DNA of 64,000 bases. Source: Eledone cirrhosa. Taxonomy: Eukaryota. The stretch lies in NCBI GenBank assembly GCA_964016885.1, contig OZ024743.1, positions 88,102,001 through 88,166,000 of the forward strand, read 5' to 3'. Numbering within the stretch: the stretch's first letter is position 1; every line of letters begins with the position of its first letter. Position numbers and translations under genes: made by a program. Shown in pieces: positions 1 to 11,964 of the stretch. Under the pieces are notes generated by a model, which saw nothing but the letters and a program-made list of their open reading frames with translations, had not been told where the DNA came from and did not search any database.

Positions 1-1287
1 AATCTCCACGGCGGAATATACCGCGACGATGTTCTCCTCCTAGCTAAAAACCTTAATAACCAAAAACTAGAAAAACTACGCAAAGATATAAGAAAACTAC
101 TACTCGAAATAGGACTAACTATAACATATGAATACAACCTTAAAGTAGTTAACTTCCTGGATGTCACACTCAATTTAAACTCTGGTTTGATTAAACCGTT
201 TCATAAATTGAATGAAAATCTCAAATACGTAAATGTTGGGTCTAACCACCCCATCTCTATAATTAAATCTATCCCTAAAAATATTTCCCTTAGAATCTCG
301 GGTCTATCTTCTAACATACAAGTATTTAAGGAACACGCCGAGTACTACGATAACGCCCTTAGTAAAGCAGGCTACCTCAACAAAATAGAGTACATAGATG
401 GGAACAATCAAAACACCCAAAATAAATCCCACATAGGTAGATATAATAACACAACACCAAACCACACTTACTACCATAGTATGCACACCAGTAAACCAAC
501 AAACAAAACTAATAGAAAGCGATGCAAAGAGTACTTATGGTATAACCCCGAATACAATAGCTCCATTAGTACAAATTTACCAGTACTCTTCTTTAAAATA
601 ATTAAAAGACATTTTCCCACATCACACAAATACCACAAAATCCTAAACCCTACCACTATAAGACTGTCATACTCTACAGCGTTAAACCTTGAACAACACA
701 TAAAAAAGATCAATACTAGAAGGTTAAACGAAAACACTAAGAACTTAAGTACAAAGAACCCCAAAAAAACAGTAGACAATACACTACAGAACATAAATAA
801 ACCACACCTAAGTTCGTCCGCAATACTACTCCAGAGAAAACCCAACGTACACAACTGTAACTGCACCTATCCTGACAACTGCCCCCTCGGCAATAACTGC
901 CTGGAAAAAAATATTATTTATAAGTGTACCATTAAATCCGGAGGCAACGAGTGGTATTACGTGGGATCAACGGCAACATCGTTTAAATCTCGATTGTATA
1001 GGCATTCTTACTCAATAAAACACCAGAGCCAAAGAAATGTAACAACTTTAGCAGAGAAAGCTTGGACGCTCAGGGATAGCAATCAAAAGTTTACCCTAAA
1101 ATGGGAAAAATTAGCTAAAACCCAAAGCTTTTCCAGGAGCCAAAATTTCTGCAAATTGTGTAATCTTGAGATTTATTACATAATCACACACAAGAAGAAA
1201 CTGCTGAATAACAGAATTGAACGAACATTATTCTGCCGTCACAGAACTAAAACCCTTTTTTCCCACTACAAGCCGAATATTACATAA
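1..1287 (+). CDS. Penelope-like retroelement ORF (Neptune-like), C-terminal part: RT palm/thumb + Cys-rich linker + GIY-YIG endonuclease; open from the window start
   Basis: Frame 1 is open from base 1: GGIYRDD (RT catalytic motif, 19-30), VNFLDVTLNL, YVNVGSNHP, WYNPEYN, LSYS, CNC-x5-CPLxxNC, IIYKC...YVGST...FKSRLYRH (GIY-YIG), CKLC, LLN...CRH; no internal stop. Confidence 0.93.
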   Translation, partial: NLHGGIYRDDVLLLAKNLNNQKLEKLRKDIRKLLLEIGLTITYEYNLKVVNFLDVTLNLNSGLIKPFHKLNENLKYVNVGSNHPISIIKSIPKNISLRISGLSSNIQVFKEHAEYYDNALSKAGYLNKIEYIDGNNQNTQNKSHIGRYNNTTPNHTYYHSMHTSKPTNKTNRKRCKEYLWYNPEYNSSISTNLPVLFFKIIKRHFPTSHKYHKILNPTTIRLSYSTALNLEQHIKKINTRRLNENTKNLSTKNPKKTVDNTLQNINKPHLSSSAILLQRKPNVHNCNCTYPDNCPLGNNCLEKNIIYKCTIKSGGNEWYYVGSTATSFKSRLYRHSYSIKHQSQRNVTTLAEKAWTLRDSNQKFTLKWEKLAKTQSFSRSQNFCKLCNLEIYYIITHKKKLLNNRIERTLFCRHRTKTLFSHYKPNIT

Positions 1288-1539
1288 AAGAGGGACATCC
1301 CCCAACTATATAAACCTTAATCTAGTTAGAAAAATATAAAAACAATCTCTTTTCAACATATATTAATAACCTTAAATTACCATACTAATAATGAAAAGAT
1401 ATGCTGATGAGAATAGGTACAAATATGCGATAATGAATGTGTCTAAAAACGTCCATAAGTATGTATATATATGTGAAAATGTATATAAATAAGTAAATAT
1501 ATATATATGTTTGAAAGTGTATTCATGTATTAAAGTGCT

Positions 1540-1572
<33 letters not shown>

Positions 1573-1591
1573 ATATATGTGTGTATATATG

Positions 1592-1634
<43 letters not shown>

Positions 1635-2375
1635 GTGTATGTATATATGTATATATATATGTGTATGTATGTATGTGTATATGGATGTGTATGTATGTGT
1701 ATGTGTGTACACATGGACTAGAGTATGTATGTATATATGTGTGTGTCTATACGTGTGTATATATAAAGATAAGTTGAGTATGAAAATGTATACACATGAG
1801 CGCGTATGTATGTACATGAATACATGTGTGTATATATATGTGTATGCATGTGTATATATATGTAAGTATGAATATGTGAATTGTGAGTATATGTATTTTG
1901 TAGAGGTGTGCAAATATATTTATGTGTGAATGCGTGGGTGAAAGAATACGTACACTTGAAAGAAAAATTGAAGTCTGAATGTTAAGTGCAAACACAAAAC
2001 CAACCACGCATATCTTTACTATCTCTAATCCTTCTATAGATTTAGAAAAATAACCAATAATATATTCTATAAAAAATGTCAAAACAACAGATGGGAATCT
2101 AATTAATCACTGCCACCAAGAATTCTCACTGCTATCGAAAAACCACTCCTTCAACTATTCTTCTAACAACTTCACCCCTTCCTCCTAATATTCTCTATAA
2201 AAACTAAATAGGTCCTCAGTAATATTATTCTGATGAAATGACAGTAAATAATAACATTGAAATATTGAATGTCTGCATAACTAAAAGTTTGTAGATAGCT
2301 GTTTTAGGTTATGTAACTGTTATAGAAACACGTGTCAATAAATTCCTTTCAACTAAACTGTATCCATTCAAATCT

Positions 2376-2380
<5 letters not shown>
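1288..2380 (+). mobile_element. Probable 3' UTR / pLTR of the PLE, interrupted by microsatellite, ending in (TA)n
   Basis: Same A/C-rich strand bias as the ORF; degenerate HHR-like CTGATGA-AATG...CATT-GAAA at about 2230-2273; abuts (TA)n at 2380. Confidence 0.5.
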
Positions 2381-2426
<46 letters not shown>

Positions 2427-2654
2427 GTCTATTTTTAATATATATATATGGATGGGTGGGTGGGTGCGCATGTATGTATGTATAATGTATGTGTGTGTGT
2501 CTATATATACATATATATGTGTTTGTTCGAGTGTATGTGTGTTAATCTCTAACTGGGTCTTGGAATTTTGTAATGCCACATTCCTGGAATAGCATTGATT
2601 AATCTCTTCCAGACCTTTTCACTGCTCTTATGATGAATAGCATAAAAACAGGTT

Positions 2655-2737
<83 letters not shown>

Positions 2738-2919
2738 ATAGCATAGGATATTCAGCCATAGCGACCGAAGAGGATAACCATTTTCTCTAAACAAATCAAT
2801 TTTACACACACGTGTATATATATATATATATATATAGTGGCTGCCAACTCGTTTTCGAGTACGGCCACTACTTTATATCCATGTAGGAGAACCCCTACCG
2901 ATGCGCTGAACGAGTGTGA

Positions 2920-3445
2920 CTTTTTAGTCCAGCCAGCGACTTGTAAACTCTGGTACAAACACTACACTTGTGACAATTATTGACACATAGTGCTGGGCCC
3001 ATGGTACCATGTGACGACAAGTGCAGAAAGATCTCCAGATATAAAGCAATGCCTGTGCCGTGAAGCTTTTATAGTGAGCAAAGGCACTGCACAAAGCCAG
3101 TCCCACTCTCTTAACCAAGATGATATTTACCAAAAAGAAAAACAAGTCAACATCATTGGATACCATCAGGGTTGCAGGTGTTATATCAGAGTTTTCCTTC
3201 TCCTATAATTCTGCCTTGACAAAGGCTAAGGGGTCATCTCTCCCGGTGATTTTGGATGGCCATTGACTCTTAAGAGCTCCTTTGCCCTTTGACAGGTTTT
3301 GTTTTTAGTCCTGCAGGATGTCCACAGTCACCCTCCTCACCAAGAAACCTTGGTGGGGTTGCCAGTTTAGTCGCCAACGACCCGACCATGAGAGACAGGT
3401 TGTACTGGGATACATGTTACCAGTAGCACCAACTGGTGACCTGAC
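2920..3445. mobile_element. Dispersed repeat (possibly LINE 5' UTR), second copy at about 14220-14706
   Basis: Shared blocks such as tatatcagag...ccttctccta and tcaccctcctcaccaa...cttggtggggttgcc.gtttagtcgc in both places; family identity not established. Confidence 0.5.
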
Positions 3446-3641
3446 ATAATATATATATATATATTTACACACATATATGTATTAAAAAACACGTGGGAGA
3501 AATATAGGCAACAGAAAACGTGAAAGAAACTGTTACATGAACAATTCACGCTCATCAGCTGTCTTTCTTAGGATCATTAATATGTCTATATATTTATATA
3601 TATGTATGTATATATGTGTGTATATATGTATGCATTATACA

Positions 3642-3708
<67 letters not shown>

Positions 3709-3764
3709 ATATATTATATATAGATATATATATATTTATTATATACACACACACAAATATGGAC

Positions 3765-3812
<48 letters not shown>

Positions 3813-3815
<3 letters not shown>

Positions 3816-4009
3816 CAAAGGAATTGTGGTAAGGAATCAGATGAACCATAACGCACCAGAGAACTCAATACTTAGGGTAGTAGAATGGGAAATAGGAAAA
3901 AGTATGACCCCGACGGTAGAGTTCAAGCCGTTTCGACGGCTATTTCTGAGTCCAGAAATAGCCGTCGAAACGGCTTGAGCTCTGCCGTCGGGGTCATACT
4001 TTTTCCTAT
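3813..4009 (-). mobile_element. Fold-back mini-element in (TA)n with 3' half of a hammerhead; 57-bp arms 3892-3948/3953-4009 plus 80-bp tail
   Basis: Near-perfect inverted repeat containing GAAACGGC-TTGAGCTCT-GCCGTC-GGGG; family copies at 4490, 29409, 44581. Confidence 0.85.
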
Positions 4010-4439
4010 ATATATATATATTAGTATTGGTTAGTATTGGTGCTCTGAAATAGCGATGTATATATGAATGTATGTATAGTATATTTGGCAATATACCGTA
4101 TGTTTAATTAAAAACATTTAGAAGACCATTCGCTATGAGTCCTCGTGACATTCCTTACACGGATGTTCTATTGTTTAGAAAGGTGAAAGATGAACTATTG
4201 CCTACAGAGGCAAACCATTACTTAGGAACGTGAGCTGTAGTTTTTAAAAGGTGCATTGTTAACGATGTAAGAGATATTTACCTACTTACTTACTTACTTA
4301 CTTATTTACTTACTTACCTACTTACTTACTTACTTGGTTACTTACTTACATGCTTACTTACTTACTTACATACTCTAATTATAATTATAACCCTTATTCT
4401 AACCTTAACCCTTATTCTAATTCTAATTCAAATTATAAC

Positions 4440-4489
<50 letters not shown>

Positions 4490-4494
<5 letters not shown>

Positions 4495-4690
4495 AAAAAG
4501 TTTGACGCCGACGGCAGAGCTCAAGCCGTTTCGACGGCTATTTCTGGAAATAGTCCAGAAATAGCCGTCGAAACGGCTTGAGCTCTGCGTCGGGGTCATA
4601 CTATTTCCTATTTCCCATTCTACTACCCTAAGTATTGAGTACTCTGGTGCGTTATGGTCCATCTGGTTCCTTACCACAATTCCTTTGTTA
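4490..4690 (+). mobile_element. Second copy of the same fold-back mini-element, opposite orientation
   Basis: Arms 4490-4548/4554-4611 followed by the tail ...ggttccttaccacaattcctttgtta(TA)n. Confidence 0.85.
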
Positions 4691-4749
4691 TATATATAAT
4701 GTGTGACGTCCGAATGAGTATATTACACCTCCATTTAACTTACTCTCTG

Positions 4750-4990
4750 CCTCTGGGTCCCGACCGACAGGATGGAGAATGCATTGCCCCGGAGGACGGT
4801 GAGGGAGACGTGCTGGAACAGCCACTCCACCTCGCGGGCAGCCAACTCCGCTCCGATAGTAGTAAGAATGTGGTCCGGTGGTCAAGAAAGCTGGAAGTGC
4901 CCACTGCTGCAGGCTCTACCATAAACCTATCAGCGAGCAATCGATACTTGGACAGTTAACCTTCTTCTGTTTTGCGGGCAGCAGAACCTA
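4750..4990 (-). pseudogene. Degenerate 3' fragment of CRE-like non-LTR retrotransposon
   Basis: Minus strand gives LSKYRLLADRFMVEPAAVGTS then, after a frameshift, EVEWLFQHVSLTVLRGNAFSILSVG, matching the 9.9-10.4 kb copy. Confidence 0.8.
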
Positions 4991-5237
4991 TGAGAGCGTT
5001 AAAATATTACAATAAAAATAATTGTTTCTACTTTTGGCACAAGGCCAGCAATTACCCAGTGTATTACTGGTACTTTATTACAATAAAAATAATACTTTAA
5101 ATATATATTTGTAATGTATATGAGAACGTTAAAACGTTTCAAAAAAATATTGCTCTAGTACTTAAAATGTTTTACGTGAAATAATGGAATAACGGCACAC
5201 AAGAAAAAAAAAGAAAAAGAAAAACTTAAAAGGAATA

Positions 5238-5442
5238 AAATGGATATTAGCTTTTGATCTAGTAGCAGCCATATTTAAAATGGATATTAGCTTCTGATTT
5301 AGTAGCAGCCATATTTAAAATGGTTAGTAGCTTTTGATTTAGTAGCAGCCATATTTAAAATGGATATTAGCTTCTGATTTAGTAGCGGCCATATTTAAAA
5401 TGAATATTAACTTTTGATTTAGTAGCAGCCATATTTAAAATT
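5238..5442. repeat. 40-bp minisatellite, about 5 copies
   Basis: aaaatggatattagcttctgatttagtagcagccatattt; period 40 (5241, 5281, 5321, 5361, 5401). Confidence 0.95.
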
Positions 5443-5659
5443 GATATGTTAGCTTCTAAAGCTGGAGGAAAGTGGCTGTCGTAAATAGAAAACACAGCAA
5501 ACATAACGACATGAACTTTGAACAGATGATTACCAAAGAGATTCCGGGTTGCATGTATTGTGTTTGTACTGTTCTATGTAAATATATGTGTACATATCTG
5601 ACGAGTCTGCTGAGTCGGTCTACAAATAGACTTCATGTTATCTTCTCGTATTCAGGTAT

Positions 5660-5995
5660 TATTCTCGGGTCCCTAATAATAGTAATTTTTCTAGATTGTC
5701 CCCGTTGATTTTTTTAACCAGAATTAATCGTTTAGTTTACATATTGAGACCCCAACCCATCAGGTTCCTATTTATTTTATAACGGGATTTCTTCTTTTTT
5801 TGTTCTTCTTTTTTTTTTTGTCCTGTATAATGTTTTTTAATGTATAAAGATAATTAATTGTCGCAGGAATGCTACCACTTAAAATAAAATTCCACCAGAG
5901 AGATTAGCAAAATTTAATAAGCGAAGTGGGTGGAAAAGATCTGGACTGGAAAAATAATAAGCGGGTGGGGGGTGATTGTTTGCTACCCGAGAGCA
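5660..5995. mobile_element. MITE (Tc1/mariner-like), related copies 38783-39162 (inverted) and partial 19540-19800
   Basis: Termini tattctcgggt / acccgagagca; internal gagaccccaacccatc and taattaattgtcgcaggaatgctac shared with the other copies. Confidence 0.7.
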
Positions 5996-6100
5996 TATGA
6001 TATTTTCGAGTAATTAAGAGTTATCTAGAAAACACACATGGTGTTGTGAGGCTGTTTGCTTGCAAATGAACCGAATATTAATAATATTATTATTAATCAC

Positions 6101-6295
6101 TGGATTGGCAGTATCGGTAGAGGGTCGGACGCCATACTTTGCAGCAAAGAGTTACAGCCCTTTATGGTCTAAATTCAAATCCCGCTGAGGTTAACTTTGC
6201 CTTTCATCCTTACGGGATCGGGTCGATAAAATAAAGTACCAGTAATACACTGGGATAATTGCTGGCCTAGTGCCAAAAGTAGAAACAATTATTAT
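6101..6295 (+). mobile_element. tRNA-head SINE family A
   Basis: tggcagtatcggtaga (A box), ttcaaatccc (B box), core gaggttaactttgcctttcatcc...gtcgataaaataaagtaccagt, tail gtgccaaaagtagaaacaattatt; more than 12 copies in the window. Confidence 0.9.
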
Positions 6296-7168
6296 TAATC
6301 ATTCGTGAATACATTTAGGTATCCACCATGTTAGAGCGAAAACAAATTATATTTTTAAGGCAAAGATGGCTTGGTTAAAACAAGAGATTGGAGAACTTAT
6401 AGTTGATTACTTTGGAATTTAATTCAAATACCAACAAGATGTATGGATGGAAATAAATGATATAAAACCTTCATCTCAATCACCCGTCTACCCACCTCAC
6501 CACCTGTCTAACCACCCCACCAACCCTCTTTCTACCATTCTTTCCATCTACCCCAATTACGTGTCTACTCCCTCACCATATCTCTTCACACCATTTTTTC
6601 AATCTACCCACTAGGTACCTGTACACTACCCTTCCATCTACCACAATCACCAATTTACCCACCCTACTATCTATCTAAGCACTCACCACCCTTGCATCCA
6701 CTTCCATCTACCCACACATTCATCTGCCCATCCTTCCATCTACCCACCCTACCACCCCTCTACCCGCCCCACTACCAGCCATCTACCCACCATACCACCC
6801 GTCTATACACCCCTATTATATTACAGTAGCTATCACTACCCAATACTCTGTGTCAAACAGCAAATAATTATCTTTCATTTCACAAATCATCACACATACC
6901 TGTACGCACATGCACTCGTACACACTCACACATACACGTACACACACACATACATACACAATCTCATTCTCTCTCTCTTGCTCCCTCTCTCTCTCTCCCT
7001 CTCTATCTTTGTATCTAAGATGTTTGTATGTGTAGTAACACCAAGACTGTCCCAGATGAGAGAGCAATCCTCCGTTGTGAGTCTAGGATGTTTATATGAG
7101 ATGGAGGGTCTGTGGTTTTTCTCACATCTGGTTGGTCTTTGAATGTGCGACAGCAGTCCTCTATTGTG

Positions 7169-7595
7169 GGTTTAGATTGTATGTGTAGAGACTATACCAT
7201 CCCAGATGTGGGAGCAGTGCTCCATTCTAGGTTTAGATTGTATGTGTAGAGACTATACCATCCCAGATATGGGAGCAGTGCTCCATTCTAGGTTTAGATT
7301 GTATGTGTAGAGACTATACCATCCCAGATGTGGGAGCAGTGCTCCATTCTAGGTTTAGATTGTATGTGTAGAGACTATACCATCCCAGATATGGGAGCAG
7401 TGCTCCATTCTAGGTTTAGATTGTATGTGCAGAGACTATACCATCCCAGATGTGGGAGCAGTGCTCCATTCTAGGTTTAGATTGTATGTGTAGAGACTAT
7501 ACCATCCCAGATATGGGAGCAGTGCTCCATTCTAGGTTTAGATTGTATGTGCAGAGACTATACCATCCCAGATGTGGGAGCAGTGCTCCATTGTA
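7169..7595. repeat. 61-bp minisatellite, about 7 copies
   Basis: ggtttagattgtatgtgtagagactataccatcccagatRtgggagcagtgctccattcta. Confidence 0.95.
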
Positions 7596-8306
7596 AGTCT
7601 ATGGTGTTTATCTGTGTAACAACAGCGCTGTACCAAATATAGCGGTAGCAGTTGTTGTTACAGCTAATACTTGTGCATTTTAAACAAGCCTCATGCGAGG
7701 TTGCACTCATAGGAGGTTTCTATAGTATTTTAATGATAATGTCCCAGTTCTATCATACAAAGAGTTCCCAATGGACTCGACTCCAGGCCATTACAGTGGT
7801 TAACGCCGCCCCCCAGCTTCTGTCATTAGTATTCAGTTGTTGTTGTCGTCACCGTTGTTGTTGTTTCCAGCTGAGTGGACTGAAACAATGTGAAATGAAA
7901 CGTCTTGCTCGCGAACACAAGGCGCCGCCCAGCCAAGGAATCGCCCCATTATCTAAAATCCTGTGTCTAGCACTCTAACCCCTAGGCCACGGGGAGTAAT
8001 ATCTTATTGTGGATCTCCCCTGACCTTTGTGGAGAGTTAGTAATTGTTGTGAGATCAAGTGACAAAGCTAACCTTTAAGATGCAGTCTTTACTATGTTGA
8101 GGTTGTGCTCTCGGCAGGAGAGATCTTCGTTAATACATTTATATTGACTTTTGGAGGTTTTAGATGTGTTGTTAATATTTGGAAGTGGTAAGAGCGGTGG
8201 ATTGGTGGTGTCGTTAGAGCGTCTGACAAAATGCTGTGCGATATTTCCTTAAGACTTTCTGAGTTTAAGTCTAGCCATGATCAACTTTACCGATCATCCT
8301 TTCGCG

Positions 8307-8559
8307 CAGGACCGGATTTAATGGGGAGGGGGGCAAAGGGACAATTTCACCGGGTCCCTTACAGTGGAGAGGCCCTACCAGTGACGGCCGTAGCAATTTA
8401 TTTGTGCCCTCAGCTGGGCTCTTTAGTTTTAGGATGGTTAAATTTTTTTAATTTAATACCTGTATGTATAACTTTTCGATTCCAATTACTTGCGCCACGC
8501 TGACTTTGATATGTAAAATTGGGGGTTTGCTGTGTATTTTAATTCTAAATCCAGCCCTG
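8307..8559. mobile_element. hAT-like MITE inserted into a SINE A copy (8195-8655)
   Basis: TIRs caggaccggattta / taaatccagccctg; degenerate 8-bp duplication ctttcgcg / tttccggg; splits the SINE core tcatcctttc|ggggtcgataaa. Confidence 0.7.
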
Positions 8560-9010
8560 TTTCCGGGGTCGATAAAATAAAGTACCAGTCAAACACTGAG
8601 GTCGATATAATCGACTTTCCTCTTCCCCCAAATCGCTGGCCTTGTGCCTCTATTAGGTATAATATTTGGTAGAGGCGGTGATGAGCCTTTCTTGGTATGT
8701 GTAGTGATTGCGTCTTTACTACCCCCAACCTTCTTAACAACTTTTTACAAACTCTGATGTGCCTACATGCTCTCTCTCTCTCTCTCTCTCCGACCTCTCC
8801 ATTTCCGGACGAAGGACTTCCGTCTGAAGTGCCGAACCCTCCTCTATTTCCTCCGAAGCGTGATCCTAATAAGACTTTGTGTCTTTGTATCCTTGTGTTT
8901 GTGTTATTTATTCATATATATATACGGGTTTCGATTGATATCCAGTGATTTCGATCTTGTTTACAATTTGCTCAACAAATTTATTTTGAACAAAAGCAGA
9001 GGATTAATTG

Positions 9011-9041
<31 letters not shown>

Positions 9042-9852
9042 ACAACTTTTATGCACTCATTCATGCGAGCTTTATTTATCGACATCGAAAAGATGAAAAA
9101 TTGTTCCGGGTGAGATTTGAACTAAGAACGTAGGGAACCGGAACGAATACCGCAAAGCGTTTTATCCAACGTTCTAACGAGCCTGCCATTTCACTGACTT
9201 ACAATGGACGCATTAGTTTCCATTGTTTTGACAAAAACACCTGAACGACTGACGTATGTTGTATGTCGTATCTTTGCAAGATACTCACAATACATTCATC
9301 CCTGCTATATCTGTTACACGTTGTAATGATGGTTCATTTGAAACTCAGGTAAATAGAAGGTGGTGGAATACCTAGTAGATATTCTAGCCCTTTGTTAACA
9401 AACAGATACAAAAATTGCAAACAAAATATTTAAAAATAAAATAGAAGCTATAAAGTAAGAAAATAATCCGATCTTGTTACCAAAAAATACATACCTTGAC
9501 ATTGTCAGCTTTGTGTCCTGATATAATTACGTAAATGTAATATTATTCAGAAGGAAATTTGAATCGTCGAGTAAGATCTCAGGTTAAAATTTCAACCCGA
9601 GTGAAAAAAAAAACTTTCAGCCTCGTTCTGAATTTGTTTAATAATGTCCGACTGGTAATAATGCACGACTGGTAATTTCAGCTGCTATTTGTTTAATAAT
9701 GCACGACTGGTAATTTGTTGTTTAGTTTGAAGCAGAAGTTAAACTATCGTAGAAGGCATCTACTTAATATCTGGTATGTTAGCATCTTTTTGTTGTTTTT
9801 GCTTGTTTGTTTGTTGTTTTGTTTTTGATTTATTCGGACTGTAGTTGTTTTC

Positions 9853-10462
9853 AGCCTGCGCATCGGCGTTTCCTTGAGGCTCGGCCTCCGGATCTGCCAG
9901 CCACACCAATGTCGCTGCGGATCCACCGTGGACTCTTTCGGCCTTTCCTGTCGCCACAGTGCCGGCCGCCTTCCATGCCATGCTGCCCTCAACGAGGTCA
10001 TAAAGCATGGCTTGGACGGTGCGGGCTTCCCTTCCCAGCTCGAGCCGGTGGGGCTGGACCGAGGGGACGGCAAAAGGCCAGATGCCATGACCATCTTCCC
10101 GTTCCGCGGTGGCAAACCCCTCGTCTGGGATGCTACTTGCACCAGCACTTTCTGCAGCCGCAACCTGGTGCAGTCTGCGACTAACCCAGGCACTGCTGCA
10201 TGTCGGGCTGAGGGGGCCAAACTCCTCAAATACCGGTCGCTCTCCGACAGGTTTGCGGTTCTACTCCTGGCAGTGGAGACTTCTGGTGTCCTCGGCCCTA
10301 GGGCTACCTCCCTACTCACCACCATAGGCGCTGAGCTGGCCAGCCGCAGGTGTGAACCCCGCGAGTAGAAGTGGCTTTTCCAGCGCGTCTCCCTTGTCGT
10401 CCTCCAGGGGAACGCCTTCTCCATCCTGTCCGCCGGGTCTGTGGAGGAGCCCCATCGCGTAA
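9853..10462 (+). pseudogene. 5'-truncated CRE-like non-LTR retrotransposon: zinc knuckle + restriction-like endonuclease domain
   Basis: LRLGL...CRCG...GLSC...HAALNEVI...EP.GL...DGKRPD...WDATC...KY...AVETSGVLG...FQRVSLVVLQGNA; premature TAG at 10366. Confidence 0.88.
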
Positions 10463-10879
10463 CATTCCACATTTATGTATCTGTTACAGTGAAGCTGTGT
10501 TTATTTTTCTGTAATATTTAACCTTTGTATAGACTGTTGTCTCTCTTTCGGGTTAAAATCTATGATGAAAATGTTGTTTTATTTGTTATCATTTATTCCC
10601 AACAACCCATCTTCAAGTGACCCCCCCCCCCCACTGATCTGAAAGGTGTTCAAGTCATAAACGACCTTCTCGTCTCTTTCTCATTGCATTGTCTATCTAA
10701 TGCGTCCTTCCTGGCTGTACGGTGTGATTTGGCTGCTGTTTCTAGCAGGTCACCCGTCTACGTAAATATTTCCCTTTATTCTTACACTACTTGTTTAATA
10801 TTTAACATAATGTTCGCAACATATTTTATGATAGGTAATGGTGGTGGGGGGAGTGATATATCATAATAGTATAGCTGCT

Positions 10880-11160
10880 GTTGTTATGACATAGATGTAT
10901 GACTGTTGTTGTTGTTATGACATAGATGTATGACTGTTGTTGTTGTTATGACATAGATGTATGACTGTTGTTGTTGTTGTTATGACATAGTTGTATGACT
11001 GTTGTTGTTGTTGTTATGACATAGTTGTATGACTGTTGTTGTGACATAGCTGTGTGGCTGTTGTTATGATATATCAAGTGTACGGATGTTGTTGTTGTTA
11101 TGGCATAGCTATGTTGTTGTTATGACACAACAGTATGGCTGTTGTTGTTGCTGTTGTTAT
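10880..11160. repeat. About 30-bp minisatellite built on (GTT)n
   Basis: gttgttatgacatagatgtatgactgtt repeated, then decaying. Confidence 0.85.
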
Positions 11161-11964
11161 TGTACCGTAACAGTACAGCTGTTGCTGTTGTTGTTGTTGT
11201 TGTTGTACCATAACAGTACAGCTGTCGATGTTGTTGCTGTTGTTGTTGTACAACAACAGTAGGGCTGTCGCTGTTCAGTAGAAATATATCCCATGTCTTT
11301 GTTACTGAAGTGATATCTAAATAAAGGACGGAACATAACCGGTTTCATCCAGAGAAAGATGGATAAGTAAGAAAAAGATACAGTGGAAGAATTGCCCTAG
11401 TTTCGTACTTTTTATCGACGTCGAAAAGAAGAAAGGCAAAGTTGACCCTGACAGGATTCGAACTCAGAGATCAGGGGCACAAAACTCCGCAAAACTTTCA
11501 GTACAACGTTCTCACAGTTCTGCTAATTCACTGCCTAAGCGAGAAATCAATCACATTATGAGAAATAGATGCAGGAGCATTTGCATAAAAAACACAACCA
11601 CACATCATCATCACCACCATTATCGTTATGACTTGCTTGGATTTCTGGTGGAACATACTTTCCATGGCAGTCTTCCAACATGTTTTGTCCTATTCTTTGT
11701 CTTTCACTTGGACACATTTCATCGCTGCCGCCTTTAATATCGCTTCTGCTAATCTCTACCAGACGATCCTTGGTTGTCTCCTCTTCTCCCACTCCCACCA
11801 CCACCACCACTACCACATCTATGGGTTCTAATCCGAGGCTTATCTGGTATCTGTAACGTATGGCCTATACATCTGCTCCTGCGTCTTTCTGTAATATATA
11901 ACCAACCCATCTGCTCCTAGAATTTCTCTAACGTATGGCCTATACACCACCCTATATGTATATC

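Noticed and set aside
1404-1440. CTGATGA at 1404 (also 35770- and 40550-) as hammerheads
   Set aside because: No stem II followed by GAAA and no matching stem I
4385-4443. Interstitial telomere
   Set aside because: Only a few degenerate TAACCC-like units
6101-6195. tRNA genes at SINE heads
   Set aside because: A/B boxes are present but there is no complete cloverleaf, and they are always fused to a SINE core and tail
9785-9860. T-rich tract and ttttcAG immediately before the CRE fragment, suggesting exonisation
   Set aside because: No supporting donor or transcript evidence; T-rich tracts are ubiquitous here
9744-10472. 242-aa minus-strand ORF
   Set aside because: Antisense shadow of the GC-rich CRE-like coding fragment
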